64,000 bases of DNA from an uncultured Actinomycetota bacterium (GTDB lineage Bacteria; Actinomycetota; Thermoleophilia; RBG-16-64-13): positions 5,088 through 69,087 of the forward strand of contig CAWDOM010000005.1 in assembly GCA_963803925.1 (NCBI GenBank), in the 5' to 3' direction. A program made the translations under genes and the position numbers. Below the pieces are notes generated by a model. The model was given only the letters and a program-made list of their open reading frames with translations. It was not told the origin of the DNA and did no database searches. Positions 31,876 to 41,689 of the stretch are shown here, piece after piece; within the stretch, counting starts at the first letter, position 1; every line of letters starts with the position of its first letter.

Positions 31876-33141
31876 CTACCTCTCTTCGCCGTCGGCCAGT
31901 GCCGCTGCTACGAGATCGGCCAGGTCGTGATACGCAAGCGAATCGTCGTGGCCCAGGCTCTCCCGGCAGAACGGGCAACACGAGACGAGGCCGTCGGCCC
32001 CGGTGGAACGCGCCTCCCTCAGCCTTTCGTCGGCGATCCAGGCGGCGAGTTCGGGGCGGGCGGCAGCGACGCCGCCGCCCGCCCCGCAGCAGTACCCGCA
32101 CTCCTGGTTCCGCACCATCTCTACGAACTCCACCCCGGGCAGGCTCCGCAGCACCCGGCGGGGGGCATCGTAGACGCCGTTCGTCCCGCGCCGCCACTCC
32201 TTGGGCGGCTCGTGGACGCCGTACGGCTTGATCTCGCCCTGCCAGGGCACGTATTTCTCGCCGAGGCGAGCGAGAAGACAAGGATCGTGGTAGGTGAAGG
32301 TCCTCTCCGGCCCTGTCTGCCTCAGAGGAAGCCGCTTCTGGTCGAGAAGCTGATCGATGACCTCGCTGATATGGACGACCTCGATGTCGTCCATCTGTTC
32401 CACTCGTGGATAGCCGCCACGGAACGTGCCGTAGCACTCGGCGCATCCCGTGATGATCTTCTTGACCCCGTGCCGTCTGAAGGCCCCGAGGTTCCGGTGC
32501 ACGCTCGCCGCGAACGCCTCGTTCTGGCCGGTGCGCCAGAGCGTTGCCCCGCAGCATGCCTCGTCGGGGCCCAGCAACCGGAAGTCCACGCCCCCCGCCG
32601 CCAGGATGCGCATGATGCTCTGCGCGGTTTCGGGGTATCGATATGCCGTTGCGCAGCCGACGAAGTAGACGGTCGACCCGGCCTCCGCGGTCGTCGCCTC
32701 CGCGCCCAGCCACGCAAAGCGCTCCTCGTGCGGCAGACCGTAGATGTTGTTCTCCCGGGCCACGTTGTCGGCCTCCGCCCGGTGTTGGGGAAGTGGGCCC
32801 TGGCCTTCGGCGACGCAGTGCGCTCGCAAGGCAAGGATGGTATCCATGACCTCCATGTCGCGCACCGACTTGCAGTTCAGCTCGCAGGCACCGCACGTGG
32901 TGCAGGAGTAGATGAGGTCGACGAGCCCCGGCTCGTACGCGAGCGTTCCCTCCAGGAGTTCCTGGGCGATGTTGAGCAGGCCCTGGCCTGAGTACGTGTC
33001 GTAGTGGAATCGCTGATGGATCGGGCACACCTCGGCGAAATCCCAGCCCCTCATCTTGGGTCCGAGTATCCACTTGCACTGCCCACAGTGGTTGCACGAC
33101 AGCATCGTGTGCCGGAAGTCCCTCAACTCATCCACCCGCAT
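31876..33141 (-). CDS. (Fe-S)-binding CCG-domain protein (GlcF/HdrD-like)
   Basis: CNHCGQC, CTTCGACELNC, ACCGA and YCCGAGGG motifs. It overlaps the upstream gene by 14 nt. Confidence 0.85.
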   Translation of the reverse strand: MRVDELRDFRHTMLSCNHCGQCKWILGPKMRGWDFAEVCPIHQRFHYDTYSGQGLLNIAQELLEGTLAYEPGLVDLIYSCTTCGACELNCKSVRDMEVMDTILALRAHCVAEGQGPLPQHRAEADNVARENNIYGLPHEERFAWLGAEATTAEAGSTVYFVGCATAYRYPETAQSIMRILAAGGVDFRLLGPDEACCGATLWRTGQNEAFAASVHRNLGAFRRHGVKKIITGCAECYGTFRGGYPRVEQMDDIEVVHISEVIDQLLDQKRLPLRQTGPERTFTYHDPCLLARLGEKYVPWQGEIKPYGVHEPPKEWRRGTNGVYDAPRRVLRSLPGVEFVEMVRNQECGYCCGAGGGVAAARPELAAWIADERLREARSTGADGLVSCCPFCRESLGHDDSLAYHDLADLVAAALADGEER

Positions 33142-34642
33142 CCTCCTGGAAACAGAGCTTGCCGGGATTGAGGATGTACTTCGGGTCGAAAATGTCCTTC
33201 AGCTTGCGAAGCGCCGCGACCCCCTCGCCGTACTCTCCGTAGACCATCGACGCCCAGGGACCGTAGGGCCGGCTGAAGAAGGCGCCGCCCGCCATCAGTT
33301 CCCGCGACGCCTCGAAGAACATCTCGCGAACGAGTTCCGTTTCCCGGGAGTCGGTATCGTCAAAGAACAGGTCGAATTCGCTGTGACAGCCCCGACCCTG
33401 CACGCACGGCTGGATGTAGGCCCCGACGCTCTCCGCCGCAAAGCCGAACTTCGCCCTTGTCCGCTCCATGATGGCGGCGAGATCGGCCACCTTGCTGAAC
33501 GGGGACAGGTAGAAGATCTCTCTTACCGATCCCCTCGGGCGCAGCTTCCAATAGGGCGTCCGGTAGTCCGGTTGGCCGAGCATGGCGAGGATCGTCTCCT
33601 CACGCCCCGAGACTCCGCGCAGGGTGGTGCTCGGGCTCAGTCCCAAAGACGCGCACTCCTCCAGGAGGTACTTCTGCTGGATAGCCACCCGTTCATCGGG
33701 ATGCCGCCGGTAGCCGGCGAGCACCACGAGAGCCGTCCAGGCAGGCAGGGTGGCGCGCAGTTCGACGTAGTCGTCCGGCCACCGCTCGGCCAGCCGACCG
33801 GCCAGCCCGACGTTGCTCAGCACCAAGCATTCGTCGCCGACCCGCTTGCGCAACAACTGGTTCATCAGTTCGGTGAGCACGGCGAGGTCCTCCGCGGGCA
33901 CGAAGTAGAGACGCTGCAGATCGGGCAAGATCTCCGCCTTGGTGACCGCCCAGGTGACGAGGCCCATCGTGCCCTGCGCGCCGGTGAGGAAGCGGAGGTA
34001 GTCTATGGCGCCCGGTCCCCAGGGGTTCACCTTGTCGGCCGTCAGCTTCTGCAGCGACCCGGGGCCGGAGGCCGAACCGGTACGGAACTCCTCGCCGTTG
34101 CCGTAGATCACCTCCACGGTCAGCAACGGGTCGCTGTAGTCATACTGGTACTTGGGGATGACCACCGGTTCCCGCTCCAGCCGGCTGGCGACGACCGACT
34201 TGCAGGCGCGGGGCAGAAGCGGCGCATCCAGCCGCAGGCCCTGGCTCCGCACCGCAGGCACCAGTTCGCCATACGTGACCCCCGGCTCGATCATCACGTA
34301 CCGGCCCGGCACGTCCACCTTCAGCACCCGATTCATCCGGCGAAAATCCACCATCACTCCGCCCTGCGCCGGCCGGCTGCCTCCGTGGAAGTGAGGCGGA
34401 CCTGAGCTCACCGGCACGAGCGGCACGTTCTCGACATTCGCCTGCCGCACGATCGCCTGGACCTCAGCCTTGTCGACGGGCTGCAGGGCCAGTAACGGCT
34501 GGGTTCCGGGGGCGAAGGTGTGCGCGCGGTCATACTGCGCCAGGGCCTCCCGATCGTTGGTGACCCGATCGGGCGGGAGGGCGCCGGCAAGCACGACGCC
34601 TGCGGCGGAGTCTGGTCTATCTAGCGACATAGAGACATCCAT
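33128..34642 (-). CDS. FAD-linked oxidase (FAD_binding_4)
   Basis: Intact 504-aa ORF; QPVDKAEVQAIVRQANVENVPLVPVSSG. Confidence 0.8.
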   Translation of the reverse strand: MDVSMSLDRPDSAAGVVLAGALPPDRVTNDREALAQYDRAHTFAPGTQPLLALQPVDKAEVQAIVRQANVENVPLVPVSSGPPHFHGGSRPAQGGVMVDFRRMNRVLKVDVPGRYVMIEPGVTYGELVPAVRSQGLRLDAPLLPRACKSVVASRLEREPVVIPKYQYDYSDPLLTVEVIYGNGEEFRTGSASGPGSLQKLTADKVNPWGPGAIDYLRFLTGAQGTMGLVTWAVTKAEILPDLQRLYFVPAEDLAVLTELMNQLLRKRVGDECLVLSNVGLAGRLAERWPDDYVELRATLPAWTALVVLAGYRRHPDERVAIQQKYLLEECASLGLSPSTTLRGVSGREETILAMLGQPDYRTPYWKLRPRGSVREIFYLSPFSKVADLAAIMERTRAKFGFAAESVGAYIQPCVQGRGCHSEFDLFFDDTDSRETELVREMFFEASRELMAGGAFFSRPYGPWASMVYGEYGEGVAALRKLKDIFDPKYILNPGKLCFQEDAGG

Positions 34643-34844
34643 TCCGAAGACGGTAGCATGTCACCCCGCCGATGGAGGCGCGCGGCCAGGTCGTATCCTT
34701 CCGACGGCCGTGCGCACCTGGCACGATGCCGGTCTGACTCACGTTGGCCCTCCGGGCGGAGTTCCAGACTACCCTCCGCTTCCGTATCCCCCGTTCCAAG
34801 GTAAGACCCCATCGCTGCGGGCGGTCACCGACTAGGCCGGAGCC

Positions 34845-36905
34845 TACAGCGTGTTCCCGACCGTCCAGCCGGCCGACATGGCTTCGGGGATGGTCGCCGG
34901 GCTATCGCAATCCCCGATGGCATACGTTTCGGGCACCATGCCTTTAATCTCGTCGAGCAGGAGGGTGTTGGGCGCAAACGGGAGGACGGGTATCACGTTG
35001 TCGGCCCTCGAGCAGCCGCGTCTGCCCCTCCTTCGTCTGGACGGTCAGCCCCTGTTTGTCGATCTTCACGAGCTTCACGCCGCTGAGGACCTCCACGCCC
35101 TTCTTGTCGAACCAGTAGAGCAGGCGCACCTTGCGATCGGGAACCAGTCCGTCCCCCACCTTCTGGCCGGTGTCGACGATGGTAACCGCGCGTCCACGCT
35201 TCACCAGAAACTCACCCAACTGGCAGCCCTGGATGGCGGCGCCGATGATCACCACGTTCCGGCCCACGGGCATCCAGAACCTGGTGAGCGACCTGAGCAG
35301 CCTGGGTCCGAAGAGCCTGAGGAAGAACCGGAGCGTCCCGTAGAGGTCGCTCGTCTTGATGACGTTCTTGCCGTCGATGCCCGCCACATCTGGTAGCACC
35401 GGGGAGCCACCCACTGCGATGACGACCGCGTCGGCCTTGAACTCCTTGAGCGCCTCGAGGCTGAACTCCTTGCCGAGCTTCACCTCGACGCCCGCGGCCT
35501 TCACCCGGTTCTCCATGAACTCGATGTACTCCGGCAACTGCTCGACGTCGAAACCCTTCACCATGGCGGCGAGCGGCGTCGAGCCACCCAGGTAGCGGCC
35601 CTTGTCCCAGAGTGTGACCTCGTGACCCCGCGAGGCGGCGATGCGCGCCGCCTGCATGCCGGCGGGTCCCGCGCCGACCACGAGCACCCGCTTCTTCGCG
35701 ATGAGCGGCGACAAGTCGTAGTGCGCCTTGCCGAAAGAGGCGTTGACGCGGCAGTACCGCGGCTCGTTGTACTTGATGGTGCAGCATCCGCAGCGCGTGC
35801 ACGGTTGGATCTCGGCGGACCTGCCTGTGCGCACCTTGTTGGGGTACTCGGGATCGGCGAAGAGCCGGCGGTTGAGGCCGATGAGATCGGCTTTGCCGCT
35901 GCCAATGATGGTCTCGCCCAGGTCGGCGTCGAGCATGCCGACAGTCATCACCGGAAGGGAGACTGTGTCCTTGATGATGGCGGCGAGTGGCACCAGGGAG
36001 GCGGTGCCCCTGCGGCTCCAATCCATATCCTTCGGGAACTCGCCTACGGGGATGTGCGGCTCGGGGTAGAAGAGGCTCTCATGCCCGTGATGCGCGGCGG
36101 ACCAATGGCCACGCACCTGCAGCGAATCGACGCCGATCGCTTCGTAGATGCGGGCGATCTCCTTGCCCTCCTCGATGGTAAGGCCACCCGGCACCCCGAA
36201 CTCCATGGCGTTCATGAGGATCTGCACGGGGAAGTCCTGCCCGCAACGAGCTTTGACCTCTTTGATGACGTCGACGATGAACCGCGAACGGTTCTCCATA
36301 CTCTGCGGGCCGTACTGGTCGTCGCGCGTGTTCCAGGGACGCGAAAGGAAACTGTGGAAGAGATGGTCGGCGGCGGCATTGATCTCGATGCCGTCCCAGC
36401 CGGCCTGCTGCAGCCGGGCGGCGCCGGACGCGAACCGGTCGACCAGTCCCTCGATCTCGCCGATGGTGAGAGCGCGGGGTGGCGCATCCTCGTGTATGTC
36501 GAAGGGAGAGCCGAAGACGATCGGAGACGATGACACCCGCTCGGCGGCGAGCACGTAGGGGCCGCCCCAATGGGCGCGGTGGTAGAGCTGGGTGAAGATC
36601 GGCACGCCGTGCTTGTGCACTTCGGCCGCCAACTCCTCGAGCTGCTTCAAGTACTTGTCGTCGTCGATGCGGAAGCGCCGGTCGTTCTCCTCCCAGAGCG
36701 GCCACTCCATGGCGGGCGTCTCGGTGATGATGAGCCCCACCCCTCCTCGCGCCACCGCCCCGTAGAAGCCCTTGGCAATGGCGCCTACGCGCTCCGCGCC
36801 CGATTCAAAGAAGTAGGTTTGCGCCGCCGTCTTCACGATGCGGTTCTTCAGGCGCACTTTGCCGATGTTGAACGGCGAAAACAGCTCCCGGTATCGACTC
36901 TCCAC
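34845..36905 (-). pseudogene. OYE-type flavin oxidoreductase fused to an FAD/NAD(P) domain (enoate-reductase family); single frameshift near 34985
   Basis: GTG at 36905 follows AAGGAG. ORF 34944..37028 ends in nonsense (..LLEGRQRDTRPP). The -1 frame continues ADNVIPVLPFAPNTLLLDEIKGMVPETYAIGDCDSPATIPEAMSAGWTVGNTL to a TAG at 34845-34847. The switch sits at a GGG run. Confidence 0.8.
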
Positions 36906-37048
36906 TACTATTTCTCCTTGTGCTTGCCCCGACAAAGGACGATTCTCGTGCAAACGATACACCTGCGGCTGCTTCGCCTCTCGTAGCCGGCATTTGTCTC
37001 TTCGTCGATGACGCACGGGACCGCTCATCCCCCAGAGGCCGCCGTGAT

Positions 37049-38416
37049 ATGGTCATGGCCAATCCGGACACGCCTGCGCCGCCGCGTAGTCGCATGGTGA
37101 ACACGGAGCAACGATCGAGGAGTCTGAAGGCGGTCCCAATGCGTTCATACCGCTGGGCGGTGCTGGCCATAGCGTTTTTCGGGGTGTTCGGCGTCATTGG
37201 CTTGGGACGCTTTGGCTACAGCGCCATCCTGCCTTCCATGCAGAAGGACCTGGGCATCAGCACCGCGGCCGCCGGCTCCCTGGCTTCGTGGAACCTCGGC
37301 GGGTACACCATCATGGCCGCGGTAGGCGGGTTCTTGGCTGCACGGCTGGGCGCCCGCAAAGTCGCGACCGCCGGAATAGCGATCACCGCCGCCGGGATGT
37401 TGCTCACGGGTCTCTCGAACGGCCTGTTCACCGCCTCAGCCGCCAGGCTCATCACCGGCTTGGGCAGCGGCATGGTTCTCGTGCCTTCGATAACCCTCAT
37501 GGCCGCTTGGTTCGAGACCCGGCGGCTCGGACTCGCTTCGGCCATAGTCAGCAGCGGAGCGGCGCTGGCCTTGGTAGTGGTCGGCCTCGTTGTGCCGCCG
37601 ATCATCAACAGCGGAGGCGATGACGGCTGGCGCCTGGCTTGGTACTTCTTCGCGGGAGCAGCCGCTTGCGTGGGGATAGCCTATGGCGCACTGCAGCGGA
37701 ATCGTCCGGAAGCGGCCGTTTCCAGGCGCTCGCGGCCGGCCGCGACCGAGCCGTCACGGCAGCCCGCCGCGTCCCTGGCTCGTCAGACCGTGTTGGACTT
37801 CAAGAGGGTCGTACGCTCCAGGTATGCGTGGCACCTGGGATTCGTCTACCTGCTCTACGGCTTCGCGTTCCTCATCTTTCAGACCTTCTTCCAGAAGAGA
37901 CTCACGAGCGATCTGGACTACACCAGCAAGACTGCCGGGTACCTCTTCTTGCTGATAGGCATCGGCGGGTTCTTGGGGGGCGCACTGTGGGGCAGCGTGT
38001 CCGACCGGGTCGGGCGTGGCCCGGCCCTCGCCCTGATGTTCATCATCATGGCCGTGGCGGCGGCGCTCTTCGCGTGGTGGCCTGCTACGCCGAGCTTGAT
38101 CATGTCGGCCTTCATTCTGGGGCTGGCGGGCATGGGCCTGCCCGGGGTCGTGGGGGCAGGATGCGGCGATCAGTTCGGTCCCGTGCTCGCCTCGGCGGCG
38201 CTGGGCCTGGTGACCATCTTCACGGGGGTGGGCATGGTGCTCGGTCCCTACCTCGCCGGCAGGCTGGCCGACGCCTCGGGTTCCCTCACCTATTCGTACA
38301 CGCTGGCCTGTGGCGTGTTCGTCCTCGGTGCGGTGGTGTCGTCACGGCTGCGCGAGACCGGATGGGCGGCAGCGGTCTGCAGGGTGCGGGAAGCTCCGGC
38401 TGCTAACCAGCCCTGA
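37049..38416 (+). CDS. MFS transporter (12 TMS)
   Basis: Hydrophobic ORF. Start at ATG 37049 or 37094; the 5' part of listed ORF 36920.. overlaps the divergent gene and is probably untranslated. Confidence 0.75.
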   Translation: MVMANPDTPAPPRSRMVNTEQRSRSLKAVPMRSYRWAVLAIAFFGVFGVIGLGRFGYSAILPSMQKDLGISTAAAGSLASWNLGGYTIMAAVGGFLAARLGARKVATAGIAITAAGMLLTGLSNGLFTASAARLITGLGSGMVLVPSITLMAAWFETRRLGLASAIVSSGAALALVVVGLVVPPIINSGGDDGWRLAWYFFAGAAACVGIAYGALQRNRPEAAVSRRSRPAATEPSRQPAASLARQTVLDFKRVVRSRYAWHLGFVYLLYGFAFLIFQTFFQKRLTSDLDYTSKTAGYLFLLIGIGGFLGGALWGSVSDRVGRGPALALMFIIMAVAAALFAWWPATPSLIMSAFILGLAGMGLPGVVGAGCGDQFGPVLASAALGLVTIFTGVGMVLGPYLAGRLADASGSLTYSYTLACGVFVLGAVVSSRLRETGWAAAVCRVREAPAANQP

Positions 38417-38643
38417 TGATCCCTTCGGTGCCTGGGCCGGCTACCGCAACGTCAGCGACACGTGGGCGTTCGGCGACTAGATGCTGACCGGCGCTACCCT
38501 TGCCATTCCCTCCCCACCCGCAACATGGCTTTGAGATTCTCCCGACGAGCGATCGGCTGCGGCTGCGGCGTGTACGTTCGGTGAACATTTCGACCGACCC
38601 CACAGCTCCAGGGCCCACCAACCCGATGTGAGGGATGAGCAAT

Positions 38644-38658
38644 CCCCGCAAAACGGGG
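38644..38658 (-). terminator. small hairpin (CCCCG-N5-CGGGG) just 3' of the tRNA
   Basis: Read directly from the sequence. The tail is weakly U-rich. Confidence 0.25.
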
Positions 38659-38668
38659 CTCTAAGGAA

Positions 38669-38741
38669 TGAGCCGTGTTGGACTCGAACCAACGACCATC
38701 GGATTAAAAGTCCGGTGCTCTACCAACTGAGCTAACGGCCC
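38669..38741 (-). tRNA. tRNA-Lys (anticodon UUU)
   Basis: The reverse complement GGGCCGTTAGCTCAGTTGGTAGAGCACCGGACTTTTAATCCGATGGTCGTTGGTTCGAGTCCAACACGGCTCA folds as a cloverleaf: 7-bp acceptor stem, CTTTTAA anticodon loop, GTTCGAGTC T-loop, 73 nt, CCA not encoded. Confidence 0.9.
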
Positions 38742-38982
38742 GCGCTGCGGCCGCCAGACTGCGCCGGCGGCCCCCCATAAGGGGCTCAGATTGTACGCCC
38801 TCGACCGGCCACGGTCAACGCGCCACGGCTCGCCACGCCCTGTCGCGGCCGCCCTGCCACGACCGGCCGCCGCCCGCTTCGCCGGCATTCTAAGAGAACT
38901 CTCATCTCCCCCTTACATCCGCCTTACCGCGGGCTGCGTACTATGCTGGCAGACCTCAGGCCGAAAGGAGGACACGACAGAC

Positions 38983-40170
38983 GTGATCACTAGACTACGA
39001 AGCATCGTTTCGCGCAGGGCCTCGAGAATGATCCTCGGCGCTTTCGCGCTGCTCACGATGGCCGGCATGATATTTGGTTTCGCCTTGCCCGACGCCGCCC
39101 TCGCGTGGGACAACTGCCCACGTGGAGTCACCAACTGCGCGTATCCGGGCCTCTGCGGCCGCTACGTCGACACCAACGGCGACGACATCTGCGACCTCTC
39201 TCAGCCAAAGCCCGCCGCTTCGACAACGACCACCCTTCCGGTGACGACCACCGAGACTGTCACCACCTCGACCACCGGCACTACCAAGATCACAGCCGCC
39301 ACCGGCGACCTTACGACCACTATCGCCGCCTCGGGCGAGCCGCCCACGGGCGACTGCCCGCTCGGCCCCTGCATCGGCTGCCGCGCCTGCGTGGGCATCT
39401 CGACCGACATCGACGAAGGCGCCACCATCGCCGCGGCCGGCGGCGCCGGCCTGGTTCTGACGGGCTCCGACGGTGACGGCGACGGCACGACGGACACCGG
39501 TGCCGGCGGCACCCTGGCCCTCACCGACGATACCGCCGCCGGCAGCGCCGGCGATGCTGCCGAACAGACCGCTACGCCCACCTCGGGAGGTGCATCTCTC
39601 GTGACCCACTATCTGGTCGCGCCCATAGCTCTCGCCTTCTTCGTCATCTACGGGCTGAGCTTCATTCTCTACAAGAGCAAGAAGATTCGCATAGCCACGC
39701 ATCGCAAGATCTGGAACGTGATGCTGCTCGGCACGTTTCTGGTAACCGGCCTCTTCGGCCTGATTCTCACCATTCAGCTGGACTACACGCTGCCGTTCAC
39801 AATCCCCGTCGACCTGCTGTTCTGGCACGTGGAAGCGGGCATTGCCATGACGCTGATCTCCCTCTTCCACATGGGTTGGCACTTCAACTACTACAAGAAC
39901 CTGGTTAGAAACACGCGCAAGAAGGCTCGCGCGGCCCGAGAGGCCGAGCGCGGCGAGCGGGCGCCGCGCACGGCCCCGCGCACAGCGCCGCAGCGCGAAC
40001 TGGTTCCCGGTACCGTGATGACCGCCCAGGCCCGCGAACAGCGCCGCGCGGACCGTGAAGCGGACAGGCTGCGCGAGGAGCGCCGGGTGCGCGACGAGAC
40101 CGCGGCCGCGTGGCGGCAGGCCTACCCGCCCACCAATCCCCGGCCGTGGCTGGAGCCCGGCACCGAGTGA
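38983..40170 (+). CDS. hypothetical membrane protein: signal anchor, Cys-rich motif, Thr/Gly/Asp-rich linker, 3-4 TM His-containing domain, Arg/Glu-rich tail
   Basis: GTG at 38983 lies 9 nt after AGGAGGA. Segments: WDNCPRGVTNCAYPGLCGRYVDTNGDDICDLSQ; CPLGPCIGCRAC; TM block ...FWHVEAGIAMTLISLFHMGWHFNYY. Confidence 0.6.
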   Translation: MITRLRSIVSRRASRMILGAFALLTMAGMIFGFALPDAALAWDNCPRGVTNCAYPGLCGRYVDTNGDDICDLSQPKPAASTTTTLPVTTTETVTTSTTGTTKITAATGDLTTTIAASGEPPTGDCPLGPCIGCRACVGISTDIDEGATIAAAGGAGLVLTGSDGDGDGTTDTGAGGTLALTDDTAAGSAGDAAEQTATPTSGGASLVTHYLVAPIALAFFVIYGLSFILYKSKKIRIATHRKIWNVMLLGTFLVTGLFGLILTIQLDYTLPFTIPVDLLFWHVEAGIAMTLISLFHMGWHFNYYKNLVRNTRKKARAAREAERGERAPRTAPRTAPQRELVPGTVMTAQAREQRRADREADRLREERRVRDETAAAWRQAYPPTNPRPWLEPGTE

Positions 40171-40202
40171 CCCTCGCCGCCCGCGGGACCGGCCTTCTTC
40201 CG

Positions 40203-41362
40203 CTACAGAGCCGCCCGCACAATGACCTGCAACTCGGACGCGGTGAGCTCCACCGGATTCGCCTTCATGCTGCTGGCCCGCATGGCCTTTTCGACCAGTT
40301 CGTCCACGTCGCCCGGGCTGAACCCGTAGCTGCCCAGCTTCGGGATGCCGAGGTCGGACGTCAACCGCGCCAGCCAGGCCACGGCGGCGTCGGCGTCATC
40401 GCCGGCGGCGGCGCGTCCGGTCAGCAGCCGCGCCACTTCGTCGTAGCGCGCGAGCGCCCCGCTCTCGGGCGCTCGCGCCCGTAGCGCCGCCAAGTTGACC
40501 GCCACCACATGCGGCAGCAGGGCCGCGCACACGGCGCCGTGCGGCGCCGTGATCATTCCTCCCAACGGGCCGGCGAGGCCGTGCACCGCTCCCAGCCCCG
40601 CGTTGGCAAGCGCCAAGCCGCCGAACAGGCTGGCAACCGCCATGTCGTCGCGGGCGGCGGCGTCGCGGCCGTGGGTGTAGGCGCGCCGCAGGGAGCGCGC
40701 CACCCGCACCATGCCTTCGCGGCAGAGGCCGTCGGTCAAAGCATTGGCCTTGGTGCAGACAAACGGCTCGACCACTTGGGCCAGAGCGTCGAGACCGGTC
40801 GCGGCCGTCACGGCGGGCGGCAGATCGTAGGTGAGCTCCGGATCGACTATGGCGACCGCCGGCAGCATCATCGGGCTGCGCAGGCTCACCTTCACCCGCT
40901 GCCGCCGCGCGATGATCACCGAGTTGCGCGTCACCTCCGAGCCCGTGCCCGCGGTCGTGGGTATGGCCATCACCGGCAGCGGCCGTTGGGTCACCGGCTG
41001 GTTCTCGCCGACGACTTCGAGGTACCGCATGAGCCGGCCGGGGCTGGTCGCCATGACCGCGATCGCCTTGGCCGCGTCGAGCACGGCCCCGCCGCCGAAG
41101 GCCACGACGCAGTCACACCGCTCGCGCCGCGCCACCCCGGCGCCGGCTTCGACGGTGTCGATGTCGGGCTCGCCCGTCACCGAGTAGGTCACCGTCGGAA
41201 GTCCCGCTCCGGCCAACACGGCGAGCAGGGGTGCGGCCCGCGCGCTCGTCCGCCCCGTCACCACCAGCGGCCGCGCGCCCAGCGAAGCCGCGATCGTGCC
41301 GGCTTCGCGCAGCGTCCCCCGCCGAAGACTATGCGGCCGGCGGTGGCGAACTCGAAGCGCAT
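40203..41362 (-). pseudogene. iron-containing (group III) alcohol dehydrogenase; one frameshift near the 5' end
   Basis: The ATG at 41362 gives MRFEFATAGRIVFGGG, then shifts in a C5/G5 run to ...TLREAGTIAASLGARPLVVTGRTS (ORF 40203..41264). Also AFGGGAVLDAAKAIA and PTTAGTGSEVT. Confidence 0.8.
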
Positions 41363-41363
41363 C

Positions 41364-41662
41364 TCACCAGTCGGCGTCAATGGGGAAGACCTCACTGTAC
41401 TTCACGCTCGACCGCGGTTCGGCGATCATCGAAGCCACCGCGTCTCCCATGCCTGGTAGTGCGCGGTCTCCTTGTGGGCGGCGGCGGCCTCGGGCGTGCG
41501 ATAGGCCTCGACCAGCACGAACCGCGTGCCGTTGTCTTCCGCACCACGTCGAAGCGGCTACGCCCGGCTCGAGCAGGCTGGCCGAGCGTTCGCGATCGTC
41601 GCCTCTGTGAACCGCTCGACCGTGTCGGGCAGCACATGAACGTACACGTGGACTACGAGCAT
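41364..41662 (-). pseudogene. ABM-domain (antibiotic-biosynthesis-monooxygenase / YgiN-like) protein, frameshifted
   Basis: Hand translation gives MLVVHVYVHVLPDTVERFTEATIANAR / ..LLEPGVARFDVVR / ..[26 protein letters not shown] / ..[26 protein letters not shown]. The stop lies 1 nt before the ADH ATG. Confidence 0.6.
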
Positions 41663-41689
41663 GGCTTGCCTTTCTGCCGCGCTACGCCG

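Noticed and set aside
31715-33097. 460-aa minus-strand ORF overlapping the CCG Fe-S gene
   Set aside because: It is an alternative frame of 31876..33141, extremely Arg/Pro/Gly-rich and without motifs. The 421-aa frame carries all the Cys motifs.
34643-34844. Cobalamin riboswitch assignment for the leader (AGTCAGACCGGC resembles a B12 box)
   Set aside because: The other conserved elements I remember (GCCACTG, the GGTGnAAnTCC core, GGGAAGGC) are absent and the putative B12 box is shortened. I kept the region only as an unclassified leader.
36920-37048. 5' 43 codons of the listed MFS ORF (start at 36920)
   Set aside because: This stretch overlaps the divergent OYE-2 start region, is non-hydrophobic and has no RBS. 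The ATG codons at 37049 and 37094 are more plausible starts.
38661-38888. 75-aa minus-strand ORF
   Set aside because: Its 3' part is simply the translated tRNA-Lys sequence (…AQLVEHRTFNPMVVGSSPTRL), so it is not a gene.
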